This document shows, in pieces, positions 8,939 through 17,857 of a stretch of 64,000 bases of DNA. The stretch comes from an uncultured bacterium (lineage in GTDB: Bacteria; Patescibacteriota; Saccharimonadia; Saccharimonadales; Saccharimonadaceae), in the NCBI GenBank assembly GCA_963526415.1, contig CAURNE010000002.1, positions 71,501 through 135,500 on the forward strand. Direction: 5' to 3'. How positions within the stretch are numbered: position 1 is the stretch's first letter; the number at the start of each line of letters is the position of its first letter. The position numbers were made by a program, and so were the translations under genes. Under the pieces are notes generated by a model. The model searched no databases. It was not told the origin of the DNA and worked only from the letters and a program-made list of their open reading frames with translations.

Positions 8939-10366
8939 ATGAAAAATTTAAAAATTAGCGATTTTTGGATTTATAAATTTCGCTATCAAATCGGAATAGG
9001 AATTCTATCGCTCAGCTATCTTGCGATAATTATTTACACTTTATTTTTTGCACCTAATGGCCTAACTGCCGGTGAAATTGAAAGTACTAAAAATGCGGCA
9101 AGTCTAAACTTTTCGAATATTTTTTCTAAGAATATTATCGATTTTCCTTTTAGATTTTTACAAAAAATCAGTATCGATATTTTTGGATTGAGTAATTTCG
9201 CGATAAAATTACCATCAGTTTTAATCTCACTAATCTCACTAATCTTTATCACGAAAATTTCCGGAGTATGGTTTTCGAAACGCACATCTGTTTTAGCATC
9301 AATTATTGCAATTACTTCGAGCCAATTTTTCTTTATTGCACAAAACGGAACAAGTGAAATTCTTTACATTTTCTATCCGATTTTACTAATTTGGAGCGGT
9401 TCAGAATTCTTAAAAGAACCCAAAAAATACCAAATTTTCACTTTAATTTCAATTCTAGGTTTAAGCTTCTATACACCACTAAGCTCTTATATTACACTGG
9501 CATTTTTATTAACAATTTTAGCGCACCCACATTTACGATTTATCATTAAAAAAACGCCAAAATCTCAAAAGATCCCCGCAATTTTATTATTTATCTCTAT
9601 TATTCTACCTTTATTAATTTCGATAATCTTTGATTTTTCTATTTTGAAAATTATCTTTGGAATTCCAAATTCATTCAATCTTTTCGAAAACTTAAAAAGC
9701 TTAATTTTGGCGCTTTTCGGATTTTCAAATCCAATCAGTAATGGAATGATTTCACCAATTATCAATCCGGCAACAGTAATTCTAATCGCGATTGGGCTTT
9801 ATTTTATACTCATCGAAAAACATTCAGCCAAAAGCTACTTGATCAACATCTGGACGGTAATTTTGATTCTTATCTGTTTAATTAATCCGGCCACAATCAC
9901 AATTCTTTTTACTCCAATTTTAATTCTTACAATCACGGGACTACAAGGGCTAATTAATACTTGGTATGCACTTTTTCCAAGGAATCCCTACGCACGATTT
10001 TTTGGTTTGGTTCCAACTTCAATTTTTGTCTTCAATCTGTTAATTACGAATCTTTCAGTTTTCGCATTGAGTTATCGATATTCGCCACAACCACTTTCAG
10101 CTTTCAGTCAAGATTTAAACATCTTACTTGAAAAAACAGATTCAAATCGAATTTTGATAGTTTCAAAAAATGAAGAAGAATTCTATAAAACGCTCGAAAA
10201 ACAGGGGAAAGCAAAAATTAAACATAAGATCGAAGATGCCGAAGTTATAGTTTCAAAAGAAACTTACGAAAATCTAAAAATCCCAGCGAATTATAACGTG
10301 AAAAAAATCCTAGTTTCGAATTGCAAAAATAACGCCGATCGATTCTATATTTTATCACGTGGTTGA
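8939..10366 (+). CDS. GT-C fold membrane glycosyltransferase (PMT/ArnT-like, GT39-type)
   Basis: About 11-12 TM helices; PF..LQ..S..IFGLSNFAIKLPS motif typical of PMT_2-like proteins. Confidence 0.7.
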   Translation: MKNLKISDFWIYKFRYQIGIGILSLSYLAIIIYTLFFAPNGLTAGEIESTKNAASLNFSNIFSKNIIDFPFRFLQKISIDIFGLSNFAIKLPSVLISLISLIFITKISGVWFSKRTSVLASIIAITSSQFFFIAQNGTSEILYIFYPILLIWSGSEFLKEPKKYQIFTLISILGLSFYTPLSSYITLAFLLTILAHPHLRFIIKKTPKSQKIPAILLFISIILPLLISIIFDFSILKIIFGIPNSFNLFENLKSLILALFGFSNPISNGMISPIINPATVILIAIGLYFILIEKHSAKSYLINIWTVILILICLINPATITILFTPILILTITGLQGLINTWYALFPRNPYARFFGLVPTSIFVFNLLITNLSVFALSYRYSPQPLSAFSQDLNILLEKTDSNRILIVSKNEEEFYKTLEKQGKAKIKHKIEDAEVIVSKETYENLKIPANYNVKKILVSNCKNNADRFYILSRG

Positions 10367-10424
10367 TTTTTGAAGATTTTTTTGATAAAATTAAAAGAGT
10401 ATTATTTATTTTAAAGGAGAAAAT

Positions 10425-10721
10425 ATGGCAGGAATTAAAGACCAAATGAAAATGGTGCGCGAACTTCAAAAAGCGCAAAAAGAACTTAAAAAAGAAATTA
10501 TCGAAGTTGAAGCTGGTGACGGTGCAGTTTTAATTCAATTTACTGGCGAGTTGAAAGTTAAGAGTGTTAAACTCGACCCTGAATTGATTGACTTTGAAGA
10601 TATCGAAGAACTTGAACATTGGATTCAAATTGCGATTCGCGACGGGTTGGAAGAAGCTCAAAAAGTTGCGGCCGAAAAAATGCAACCTTTGATGGGTGGT
10701 TTGGGAAATCTTGGGCTTTAA
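10425..10721 (+). CDS. ybaB: YbaB/EbfC nucleoid-associated protein
   Basis: ELQKAQKEL....EVEAGDGAV....G...VKSVKLDP; directly upstream of recR; AAGGAG RBS. Confidence 0.92.
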   Translation: MAGIKDQMKMVRELQKAQKELKKEIIEVEAGDGAVLIQFTGELKVKSVKLDPELIDFEDIEELEHWIQIAIRDGLEEAQKVAAEKMQPLMGGLGNLGL

Positions 10722-10739
10722 TCTTTTCGAAAGATAAAA

Positions 10740-11357
10740 ATGTCACAAATTCTACCCGAAGCGCTAACCGAAGCAATCGAAAGTCTTGGCAAACTCCCTG
10801 GTGTTGGCTCACGAACAGCCGAACGCTATGCTTATTATTTGTTAAAAAATAACGAAACCATAAGCAAAAAAATTGCCGAGAGTATTTTGAATTTACATAA
10901 AAATGTTAAAAATTGCCCGATAACTTTTGCTCTAATTTCGAAAGATGAAGAAGTTTCGCCGCTTTACACCAACGAAACTCGAAACAAAAAGCTAATTGCC
11001 GTGGTTGAAGAACCACTCGATATTATTGCGCTCGAAAAAACCAAAAGCTTCAATGGGACTTATCACGTTTTAGGCGGAGTAATTTCGCCAATTAATGGAG
11101 TTATGCCCGAACAACTCCATATTCGTGAGCTGGCCGAAAGAATCAAAAACGACAATGTCCAAGAGATAATTATTGCAACAAATGCCAGCGTCGAAGGCGA
11201 AAGCACCGCCCTCTATATTCAAAATTTCTTACGTGAAAAAGGATTTGAAAATCTTGTAATTTCACGACTTGCGCGCGGTTTACCAGTAGGAGTTGATCTT
11301 GAATACGCTGACCAAATTACTTTAAGCCATGCATTGGAAGGAAGAAAGGCGTTTTAA
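10740..11357 (+). CDS. recR: Recombination mediator RecR
   Basis: LPGVGSRTAERYA, YHVLGGVISP, EIIIATNASVEGESTA, SRLARGLPVG.DLEYAD..TL..ALEGR. Confidence 0.97.
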   Translation: MSQILPEALTEAIESLGKLPGVGSRTAERYAYYLLKNNETISKKIAESILNLHKNVKNCPITFALISKDEEVSPLYTNETRNKKLIAVVEEPLDIIALEKTKSFNGTYHVLGGVISPINGVMPEQLHIRELAERIKNDNVQEIIIATNASVEGESTALYIQNFLREKGFENLVISRLARGLPVGVDLEYADQITLSHALEGRKAF

Positions 11358-12334
11358 TGGAATTCGAGAACGCAAAAAAAATGATTGAAAATGCAGAGAA
11401 GGTTTGTATTATTCAGGCCGAAAACCCAGATGGCGACAGTTTAGGCTCAGCTTTAGCTTTAGAAGAAATTCTGAGTGGTCTCTGTAAGACAGTTAAACTT
11501 TTTTGCCCAGTTGATATCCCGAAATATTTGCGATATTTTAATGGCTGGGATCGAGTTGAAACTTCAATTTACGAAAAATTCGACCTTTTTATTATCGTTG
11601 ACACAACGAGCAATACTTTGCTTTCGAAAGTTATCGAAGATCCACTTTATAAAAACCTCCTCGAAAAAACGCCAGTTTTAGTAATTGACCACCACACGGA
11701 CGCGACGCCAGATTTAACTTTTGACCATGAACTAATCTTGAAAGAGGCGAGTTCTGCGGGTGAAGTGATTTTTGAAATTTCAAACGCGAATAATTGGACT
11801 ATCAACGAAACTGCCGCCCAAGATTTACTCGGTGCAATTTTTAGCGATACTCTAGGGCTTTCAACTAGCAACACTTCTGCCAGAACTTTCGAAATCGCGG
11901 GTGAATTAACAAAACTTGGCGCAAATTCTGCTCGACTCGAAGAAGATCGACGCGAACTTTCAAAAAAATCACCCGAAATTTTAGCATATAAAGGTGAGCT
12001 AATTCGACGAATTGAATATTTTTTGGATGGAAAATTGGCTGTTGTGAGTATTCCTTGGAACGAAATCAAAGAATATTCAGACAAATACAATCCAAGCGTT
12101 TTGGTGATCGACGAAATGCGAATGGTGGAAGGTGTCGAGGCTTGCGTGGCAATCAAAACTTATCCAGACGGTAAATTAACAGGAAAAGTTCGAACAAATT
12201 CGCCAATAGCTGCAGACATCGCGGGGTATTTTGGCGGTGGTGGACATGCTTATGCAGCTGGTTTTCGTGTTTATGAGAATTATGATGAAATTCTGCACGA
12301 ACTGATAACTTGTTGCGATAAGATCTTTAATTAA
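11357..12334 (+). CDS. nrnA: DHH/DHHA1 phosphoesterase (NrnA-like oligoribonuclease/pAp phosphatase)
   Basis: NPDGDSLGS, VIDHH, SDT, GGGGHAYAAG motifs. Confidence 0.88.
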   Translation: MEFENAKKMIENAEKVCIIQAENPDGDSLGSALALEEILSGLCKTVKLFCPVDIPKYLRYFNGWDRVETSIYEKFDLFIIVDTTSNTLLSKVIEDPLYKNLLEKTPVLVIDHHTDATPDLTFDHELILKEASSAGEVIFEISNANNWTINETAAQDLLGAIFSDTLGLSTSNTSARTFEIAGELTKLGANSARLEEDRRELSKKSPEILAYKGELIRRIEYFLDGKLAVVSIPWNEIKEYSDKYNPSVLVIDEMRMVEGVEACVAIKTYPDGKLTGKVRTNSPIAADIAGYFGGGGHAYAAGFRVYENYDEILHELITCCDKIFN

Positions 12335-12420
12335 TATAGCTAAATTGTTAAGTTTCACATTTAGAGGCTTTACTAGTCCTCAGGTGATCTATACGAAATT
12401 GCTCAATCGGAGCAACAAAA

Positions 12421-12485
12421 ATATCCCTGCAGAATCGTACTACTGCAGGGATATAAAAAACTGCTTCGTTTATACGAAGCAGTTA
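12421..12485. terminator. Two tandem hairpins between nrnA and the 3' end of tRNA-Glu
   Basis: ATATCCCTGCAG..CTGCAGGGATAT and AACTGCTTCGT..ACGAAGCAGTT inverted repeats. Confidence 0.6.
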
Positions 12486-12496
12486 ATTCTCATATT

Positions 12497-12571
12497 TGGT
12501 GACCTCACGGGGAATCGAACCCCGATTGCAAGGATGAGAACCTTGTGTCCTAACCGTTAGACGATGAGGCC
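12497..12571 (-). tRNA. tRNA-Glu (anticodon CTC)
   Basis: Reverse complement GGCCTCATCGTCTAACGGTTAGGACACAAGGTT-CTC-ATCCTTGCAATCGGGGTTCGATTCCCCGTGAGGTCACCA, cloverleaf with CCA; TTGACT-17-TAAAAT promoter upstream. Confidence 0.97.
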
Positions 12572-12834
12572 AATAGTATAATTTTAGCAAATTTTAATAC
12601 TAAAGTCAATATTTTTAAACCCTATACTCCAACACCAAAAGCTCCGCACAACTCAAAATATAATTATCTTTACAGCATATAAAACAAAAACGACGCAACC
12701 ATATTAGTTTATCACATCTTTAACACCGAGTAAATACTTTTAAATATTTGTATACGTTTTTAGTATATCCCTAAATTTTATAGAGCTTGATTTTTTGATT
12801 AAAATCTGCTAAAATTGTAAAGTTACTAATCAAT

Positions 12835-12863
12835 GTTGGGAGGCGCGAGCCGTTATTACCACA
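12835..12863 (+). promoter_or_regulatory. Putative L1 autoregulatory leader upstream of rplA
   Basis: GTTGGGAGGCGCGAGCCGTTATTACCACA resembles the GGGAG..GGC/GCC..ACCAC L1-binding mRNA motif. Confidence 0.5.
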
Positions 12864-12877
12864 GAAAGGATAAGAAA

Positions 12878-13909
12878 ATGGCAAAGAAAAAAGCCGATCT
12901 TATAGAAGAAGCTAAAGCTCTTGGGCTTGAAGTTTCTGAAAAAATGACAATTGCTGAAATTAACGAAGCAATCAAAGGCGCAGAAGCTGCTGAAATCGCA
13001 GAAGAAATCATTGAAGCAGTTGAAGTTGCAGAAATCGTTGAAGAAGCAGTTGAAGTTGCTGAAAAATTCGCAAAAAGCGGAAAACGCAGCAAAAAACATG
13101 CTGAAGAAGTGGCTGAAAAAGAAGCAAAAGAAGCTCGAAAAGCTGCTGGCGACACAACTCCATTGGATGGCTCAGAAGCTATCGTAAAAAAAGGTCCAAA
13201 ACCAATCACACGACCACGCATTGAACGACGAGGTAAAAAATACCAAGAAGTTGCAAAAAAAGTTGAAAAAGATACTGTTTACGGTCTATCTGATGCTCTT
13301 AAACTTGCGACTGAAACTAACCCAGCAAAATTCGACGCATCAGTAGAAATTCACGCACGACTTGGTGTTGACCCACGACAAGCTGACCAAAATATTCGTT
13401 CAACAGTTATCTTGCCAAACGGAACTGGTAAAGACGTGAAAGTTGCTGTTTTCGCCCCAGAAAGTGAACATAAAGCAGCTAAAGATGCTGGTGCAAATAT
13501 CGTTGGTGATGAAGAATTCCTAAAACAACTCGACAAAGAAGAATTGAATTTCGACGTTCTCATTGCAACTCCAGCTTATATGCCAAAACTTGGTAAATAT
13601 GCACGACTTCTTGGTCCACGCGGATTGATGCCAAACCCTAAAGCCGGAACAGTTGCCACCGATGTTGCAAAAGCTGTTTCCGAAGCTAAAGCCGGAAAAG
13701 TTGAATATCGCGTAGATAAACAAGCGATCGTTCACCTTTCAGTTGGAAAAGTTTCATTTGGTGTTGAAAAACTTGAAGAAAACGCAAAAGCATTCTTCGA
13801 CAGTCTTGCTTCACAAAAACCAGCTTCAATCAAAGGTGCTTACGTGAAGAGCGTTTCAATTGCAACTTCACAAGGTCCAAGCATTAAAACTGAAAATCCA
13901 ATTGCTTAG
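12878..13909 (+). CDS. rplA: 50S ribosomal protein L1 with long N-terminal extension
   Basis: KFDASVEIHARLGVDPRQADQNIRSTVILPNGTGK...LGPRGLMPNPKAGTV; start reset to ATG 12878 (GAAAGGA RBS). Confidence 0.97.
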   Translation: MAKKKADLIEEAKALGLEVSEKMTIAEINEAIKGAEAAEIAEEIIEAVEVAEIVEEAVEVAEKFAKSGKRSKKHAEEVAEKEAKEARKAAGDTTPLDGSEAIVKKGPKPITRPRIERRGKKYQEVAKKVEKDTVYGLSDALKLATETNPAKFDASVEIHARLGVDPRQADQNIRSTVILPNGTGKDVKVAVFAPESEHKAAKDAGANIVGDEEFLKQLDKEELNFDVLIATPAYMPKLGKYARLLGPRGLMPNPKAGTVATDVAKAVSEAKAGKVEYRVDKQAIVHLSVGKVSFGVEKLEENAKAFFDSLASQKPASIKGAYVKSVSIATSQGPSIKTENPIA

Positions 13910-13984
13910 TTTTAAACCTTTCGAAAAACTCGCCGATCTAGTGAGTTTTTCTTTTTACCGATTTTATGATAAAATAGTTTTATT

Positions 13985-15385
13985 ATGTTGAAATTCTATA
14001 ACACTCCCAGCCGAAAAATCGAAGAATTTAAACCGCTCAATCCCGAAAATATCAAAGTCTACACCTGTGGGCCAACTGTTTATGCTAGCCCGCACATTGG
14101 CAACTGGGTTGCTTTTATATATTGGGATATTTTGATACGAACTTTGAAGCTGAATGGCTACAACGTAACACGCACAATGAACATTACTGATGTTGGACAT
14201 TTGGTTTCTGATGAAGATGATGGCGAAGATAAGCTCGAAAAAGGCGCGCGACGAGAAGGAAAAACTGTCTGGGAAATTGCAGAATTTTATACAAACGAAT
14301 TCTTGAAAGGGATGCACGATCTTAATTTGATTAAACCTGAAAATCTTTCGAAAGCAACCGATTTTATTCCCGAACAGATTAAAATTATCGAAAATCTTTC
14401 AAAAAAAGGCTTCACCTATAAAACTAGCGATGGAATTTATTTCGACACGGCTAAATTTCCAAAATATGCAGATTTTGCTCATCTTGATCTGGAAAACCTC
14501 AAAGCTGGCGCGCGGGTGAATTTTAACCCCGAAAAGAAAAATCTGAGTGATTTTGCACTTTGGAAATGGTCACCAAAAGATCAAAAACGCGGAATGGAAT
14601 GGGAATATTGCGGACGAATGGGTTTTCCAGGCTGGCATTTGGAATGCTCGGCAATCGCAATTAACACTTTAGGCGAAACAATTGACATTCATACCGGCGG
14701 AATTGATCATATTCCAGTCCATCACACCGACGAAATCGCACAAAGCGAAACTTTCACTGGAAAAACTTTTTCGAATTATTGGCTTCACTGCAACCATATG
14801 ACCAGCGAAGGTAAGAAAATTTCGAAATCACTCGGTAATGGCTTTACTTTAGAACAAATTATGTCGCAAGGATTTTCGCCAATGGATTTTAAAATGTTTG
14901 TGCTACAAAGCCAATATCGAACCGAAAGTAATTTTAGTTTCGAAAACCTCAAATCAGCGCAAAATCGGCTTAAAAACTGGCAAAATATCGCGAACCTTCG
15001 CTGGCAGATTAAGGGGAGTGATGGTGAAATTCCAAGCCTCGCTACCAAACAAGCAATTCTCGAAGAAGTGAATGACAATCTTGATACACCAAAAGCTCTG
15101 GCGAAAATTGACGAGATTTTTAGTGAAATTATAAAAGCAAATCCCGAAAAACTAAATTACAGTAATTTGCTTGAACTTCTAGAATTTATCGATGAACTTT
15201 TAGGCTTGAATTTAATTGCCTCAACTCCAGACATTTCAGATGAAATTAAGATGAAAATAATCGAAAGAAACAATGCGCGGGCAGAAAAAAAATGGGCGAA
15301 AAGCGATGAAATTCGCGACGAACTACTTTCAAAAAATATCATTTTGCGCGACACACCAAAGAAAAGTTTTTGGGAATATCAATAA
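13985..15385 (+). CDS. cysS: Cysteine--tRNA ligase
   Basis: YTCGPTVY..PHIGN, NITDV, PGWHLECSA, DIHTGGIDH..VHH..E, KISKSLGN. Confidence 0.98.
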   Translation: MLKFYNTPSRKIEEFKPLNPENIKVYTCGPTVYASPHIGNWVAFIYWDILIRTLKLNGYNVTRTMNITDVGHLVSDEDDGEDKLEKGARREGKTVWEIAEFYTNEFLKGMHDLNLIKPENLSKATDFIPEQIKIIENLSKKGFTYKTSDGIYFDTAKFPKYADFAHLDLENLKAGARVNFNPEKKNLSDFALWKWSPKDQKRGMEWEYCGRMGFPGWHLECSAIAINTLGETIDIHTGGIDHIPVHHTDEIAQSETFTGKTFSNYWLHCNHMTSEGKKISKSLGNGFTLEQIMSQGFSPMDFKMFVLQSQYRTESNFSFENLKSAQNRLKNWQNIANLRWQIKGSDGEIPSLATKQAILEEVNDNLDTPKALAKIDEIFSEIIKANPEKLNYSNLLELLEFIDELLGLNLIASTPDISDEIKMKIIERNNARAEKKWAKSDEIRDELLSKNIILRDTPKKSFWEYQ

Positions 15386-15426
15386 AATCAAAAATCAGCC
15401 AACTTTCGAAGGCTGATTTTATTTTT

Positions 15427-16563
15427 TTAATTGCCGATTTTTTTAAGAAGTTCGACGAATTTCTCAGAGTTTTCTTCGTACGTGCGACGACGTCGAGATT
15501 TCAAATTCTCTTGAAGCAAAATTTTCGTACAAGCTGCAAGCGGAATCGCCAGCAAAGCACCAAGCAAACCAAACGCATAGACACCAATTGTTAGCGCAAC
15601 GAAGATAATTAGTGCCGAAAGCTGATTATTGCGCGCCTGAATCATTGGCGAAATCACATTGTTTTCAATCTGTTGATAAATCAAGAAATATATTAAGAAG
15701 AATAAGCCGGCCGTTGGAACATTTAGCCCCAAAATTACCGCAGAAAGTAATCCTGCAATTGTCGCACCAACCATTGGAATCATTCCAAAGACAAATAAAA
15801 GAACTGCAATCGGCGCAACCAAACTGATTGGGAATCCAAAAATCAAAGCCAAAATCAACGTTGCAATCGAGCCACAAGTTGCGCTGATCGAACAAATCGT
15901 GACAATGCTCGAAACATAACCCGAAACCGTGCCATACATTCGCGATAAAATTCGGCGATGATCTTTTTCAAGAACTTTGTCGGTATAGAAAACTTTAAAA
16001 AGTCGATTGATAAGATCTGGTCCTTCAACAAGCATCAAAAATGCCATCGCAAGAATCATAAATAGCGAGATTATCCAGCCCACGATAGAAGCAATGCTTC
16101 CAAAAAATAAATCGCCAATTTTCGAAACCGAAGAATTAATTGAGCGCGTAATTGAATCAACCGCTTGCGAGATCATTCCTTCGAGATGGTTTTCAACGAT
16201 AAAACGGCGAATCCCTGAACTTTCGCCTGTATAATTTTGAACAATCTGTGGCAAATCTTTCGAAAAATGCTTCACTTGATCAGTGATAATTGGTGTAAGC
16301 AGAGAAATCAAACCGCCAAAAATTAAAACGATTGTGAGATATGCAACAGCCGTCGCCGCTACACGATTTTTGTTTGAACCGGGGAGGATTTTAGTGATTC
16401 GCGCCACCGGAGCATTGAGTGCAAGAGATAAAAATGCCGCAATAATAATCATAATTAGCACATCTTTTGCGAGCCAAATCGCACCAGCAATAGTGATAAA
16501 TCCAAAAATTACCAGCCAAAAGCGAATTAGAGTTTTTGTATCGATTTCAATTTTAACTTTCAT
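15427..16563 (-). CDS. AI-2E (PerM/UPF0118) family transporter
   Basis: Multi-TM; IPMVGA...YQQIENNVISP....LGALLAIPLAA signature. Confidence 0.92.
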   Translation of the reverse strand: MKVKIEIDTKTLIRFWLVIFGFITIAGAIWLAKDVLIMIIIAAFLSLALNAPVARITKILPGSNKNRVAATAVAYLTIVLIFGGLISLLTPIITDQVKHFSKDLPQIVQNYTGESSGIRRFIVENHLEGMISQAVDSITRSINSSVSKIGDLFFGSIASIVGWIISLFMILAMAFLMLVEGPDLINRLFKVFYTDKVLEKDHRRILSRMYGTVSGYVSSIVTICSISATCGSIATLILALIFGFPISLVAPIAVLLFVFGMIPMVGATIAGLLSAVILGLNVPTAGLFFLIYFLIYQQIENNVISPMIQARNNQLSALIIFVALTIGVYAFGLLGALLAIPLAACTKILLQENLKSRRRRTYEENSEKFVELLKKIGN

Positions 16564-16664
16564 AAATATAGTATAGCATATTTTATCAGTTTTCGAAAGG
16601 TAAAACTACAATAAAAAATAACCCCCGAAAGAGTTATTTTTTATTTTAACTTAGAAAAGATTGA

Positions 16665-17168
16665 TTATCCTTCTACGCAGTTAGCAACACCGTTTTCTGT
16701 TTTAACAGAAACAACGATTGAATTTCCGTTAACAATTTGACCATTGTTACCGCATCGAGAAGCTGAAGCAACACGCATAGTTCCAAGCTGTGCGTTATCC
16801 ATTGCGCCACGACCAACAATAACATTATAATCTGTATTAGTTGAAGGATCGTTAAATGTCGAAGATCCCGTACCTCTTTGTCCGTTTTGTTCAGCTAAGA
16901 CGTAGTTAGAAATAAATCTGTCTTCTAGATTGCCTGAACCACCGTTTTGAACATTAAATGGCATTCTACCTCTATTGTTTGAACTATAATCAGTCACAGC
17001 TGCACGCAAGCGAGAAGCGTCGTTCTTTCGTTGTGTGTCACGTTGTGATCGTTGCAATGCTGGCAAAGCCAAGAACACCATCAAGAAGATCAAACCTGCG
17101 ATCGCAAGCACAAGCACGACTTCGATGATTGTGAAACCTTTTTTAGTATTTTTGTTGATTGAGTTCAT
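16665..17168 (-). CDS. Type IV pilin (class III signal peptide), likely major pilin
   Basis: MNSINKNTKKG/FTIIEVVLVLAIAGLIF; C-terminal Cys pair; GAAAGGTGG RBS before ATG 17168; terminator 16614-16645. Confidence 0.9.
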   Translation of the reverse strand: MNSINKNTKKGFTIIEVVLVLAIAGLIFLMVFLALPALQRSQRDTQRKNDASRLRAAVTDYSSNNRGRMPFNVQNGGSGNLEDRFISNYVLAEQNGQRGTGSSTFNDPSTNTDYNVIVGRGAMDNAQLGTMRVASASRCGNNGQIVNGNSIVVSVKTENGVANCVEG

Positions 17169-17308
17169 ATCGAAAATCCACCTTTCTATGAACATTATTA
17201 TTTATATTTTTATTTACGGTCTGTCCGTATGCAACCATTTAAACACAAGCGCAATCGTTTTTCAAGACCTTTTTAAGAATTTTTTAAGTTTTCCACAGGT
17301 TTTTAGTG

Positions 17309-17794
17309 TTATTTCATTAAAATTTTCTTATAAGAATAGCGTTGAGCGGTGCGCCAAGAGCCAATTGAGTCGGCATTAAAACAGCGAATTTCACCATCAC
17401 GAACCTCGGCAATCTCGACAAGTGCAGGGTTGTAAAGCACACGTTTTTTGTAATAACGAAGCTCTTCATCTTTAACATCGTGCCGGCCAGGGAAAATTTC
17501 TAAAAATTGAACCTTGGCGCGTTCGAAAAAATAGTTTTCGAAACCACTTGGCGGAAAGAAAAACGCTGGTTTGAGGTTCATTTTCGAAAGAATATATTGA
17601 ATATCACCCAAATTTGCGCGGGCTTCAAGCGAAATAAACGCATAAAGTCGTTTTTTGCTTTTGAAAATTGTTGCCTCGGCGGAATAACCAACCGAAAGAT
17701 TGCGCGAAATAATTTCTTCAATCCCAAAATTGACACCGAAATGCTTTTGGAGAAATTCTTCAAGATTTTTATCTGAATAAGCGTGCTTTTCCAT
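17309..17794 (-). CDS. Hypothetical protein
   Basis: 161-aa ORF divergent from pcrA with normal composition; no family recognised. Confidence 0.7.
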   Translation of the reverse strand: MEKHAYSDKNLEEFLQKHFGVNFGIEEIISRNLSVGYSAEATIFKSKKRLYAFISLEARANLGDIQYILSKMNLKPAFFFPPSGFENYFFERAKVQFLEIFPGRHDVKDEELRYYKKRVLYNPALVEIAEVRDGEIRCFNADSIGSWRTAQRYSYKKILMK

Positions 17795-17857
17795 AAAATT
17801 ATTTTAGCATATTTTCGAAAAAATGTAAATTTAAAGCTAATATGTTATAATTTAAGA

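Noticed and set aside
12980..13060. Tandem GAAGCAGTTGAAGTTGC repeats as a DNA repeat element
   Set aside because: They are in-frame coding repeats (EAVEVAE) within the rplA extension
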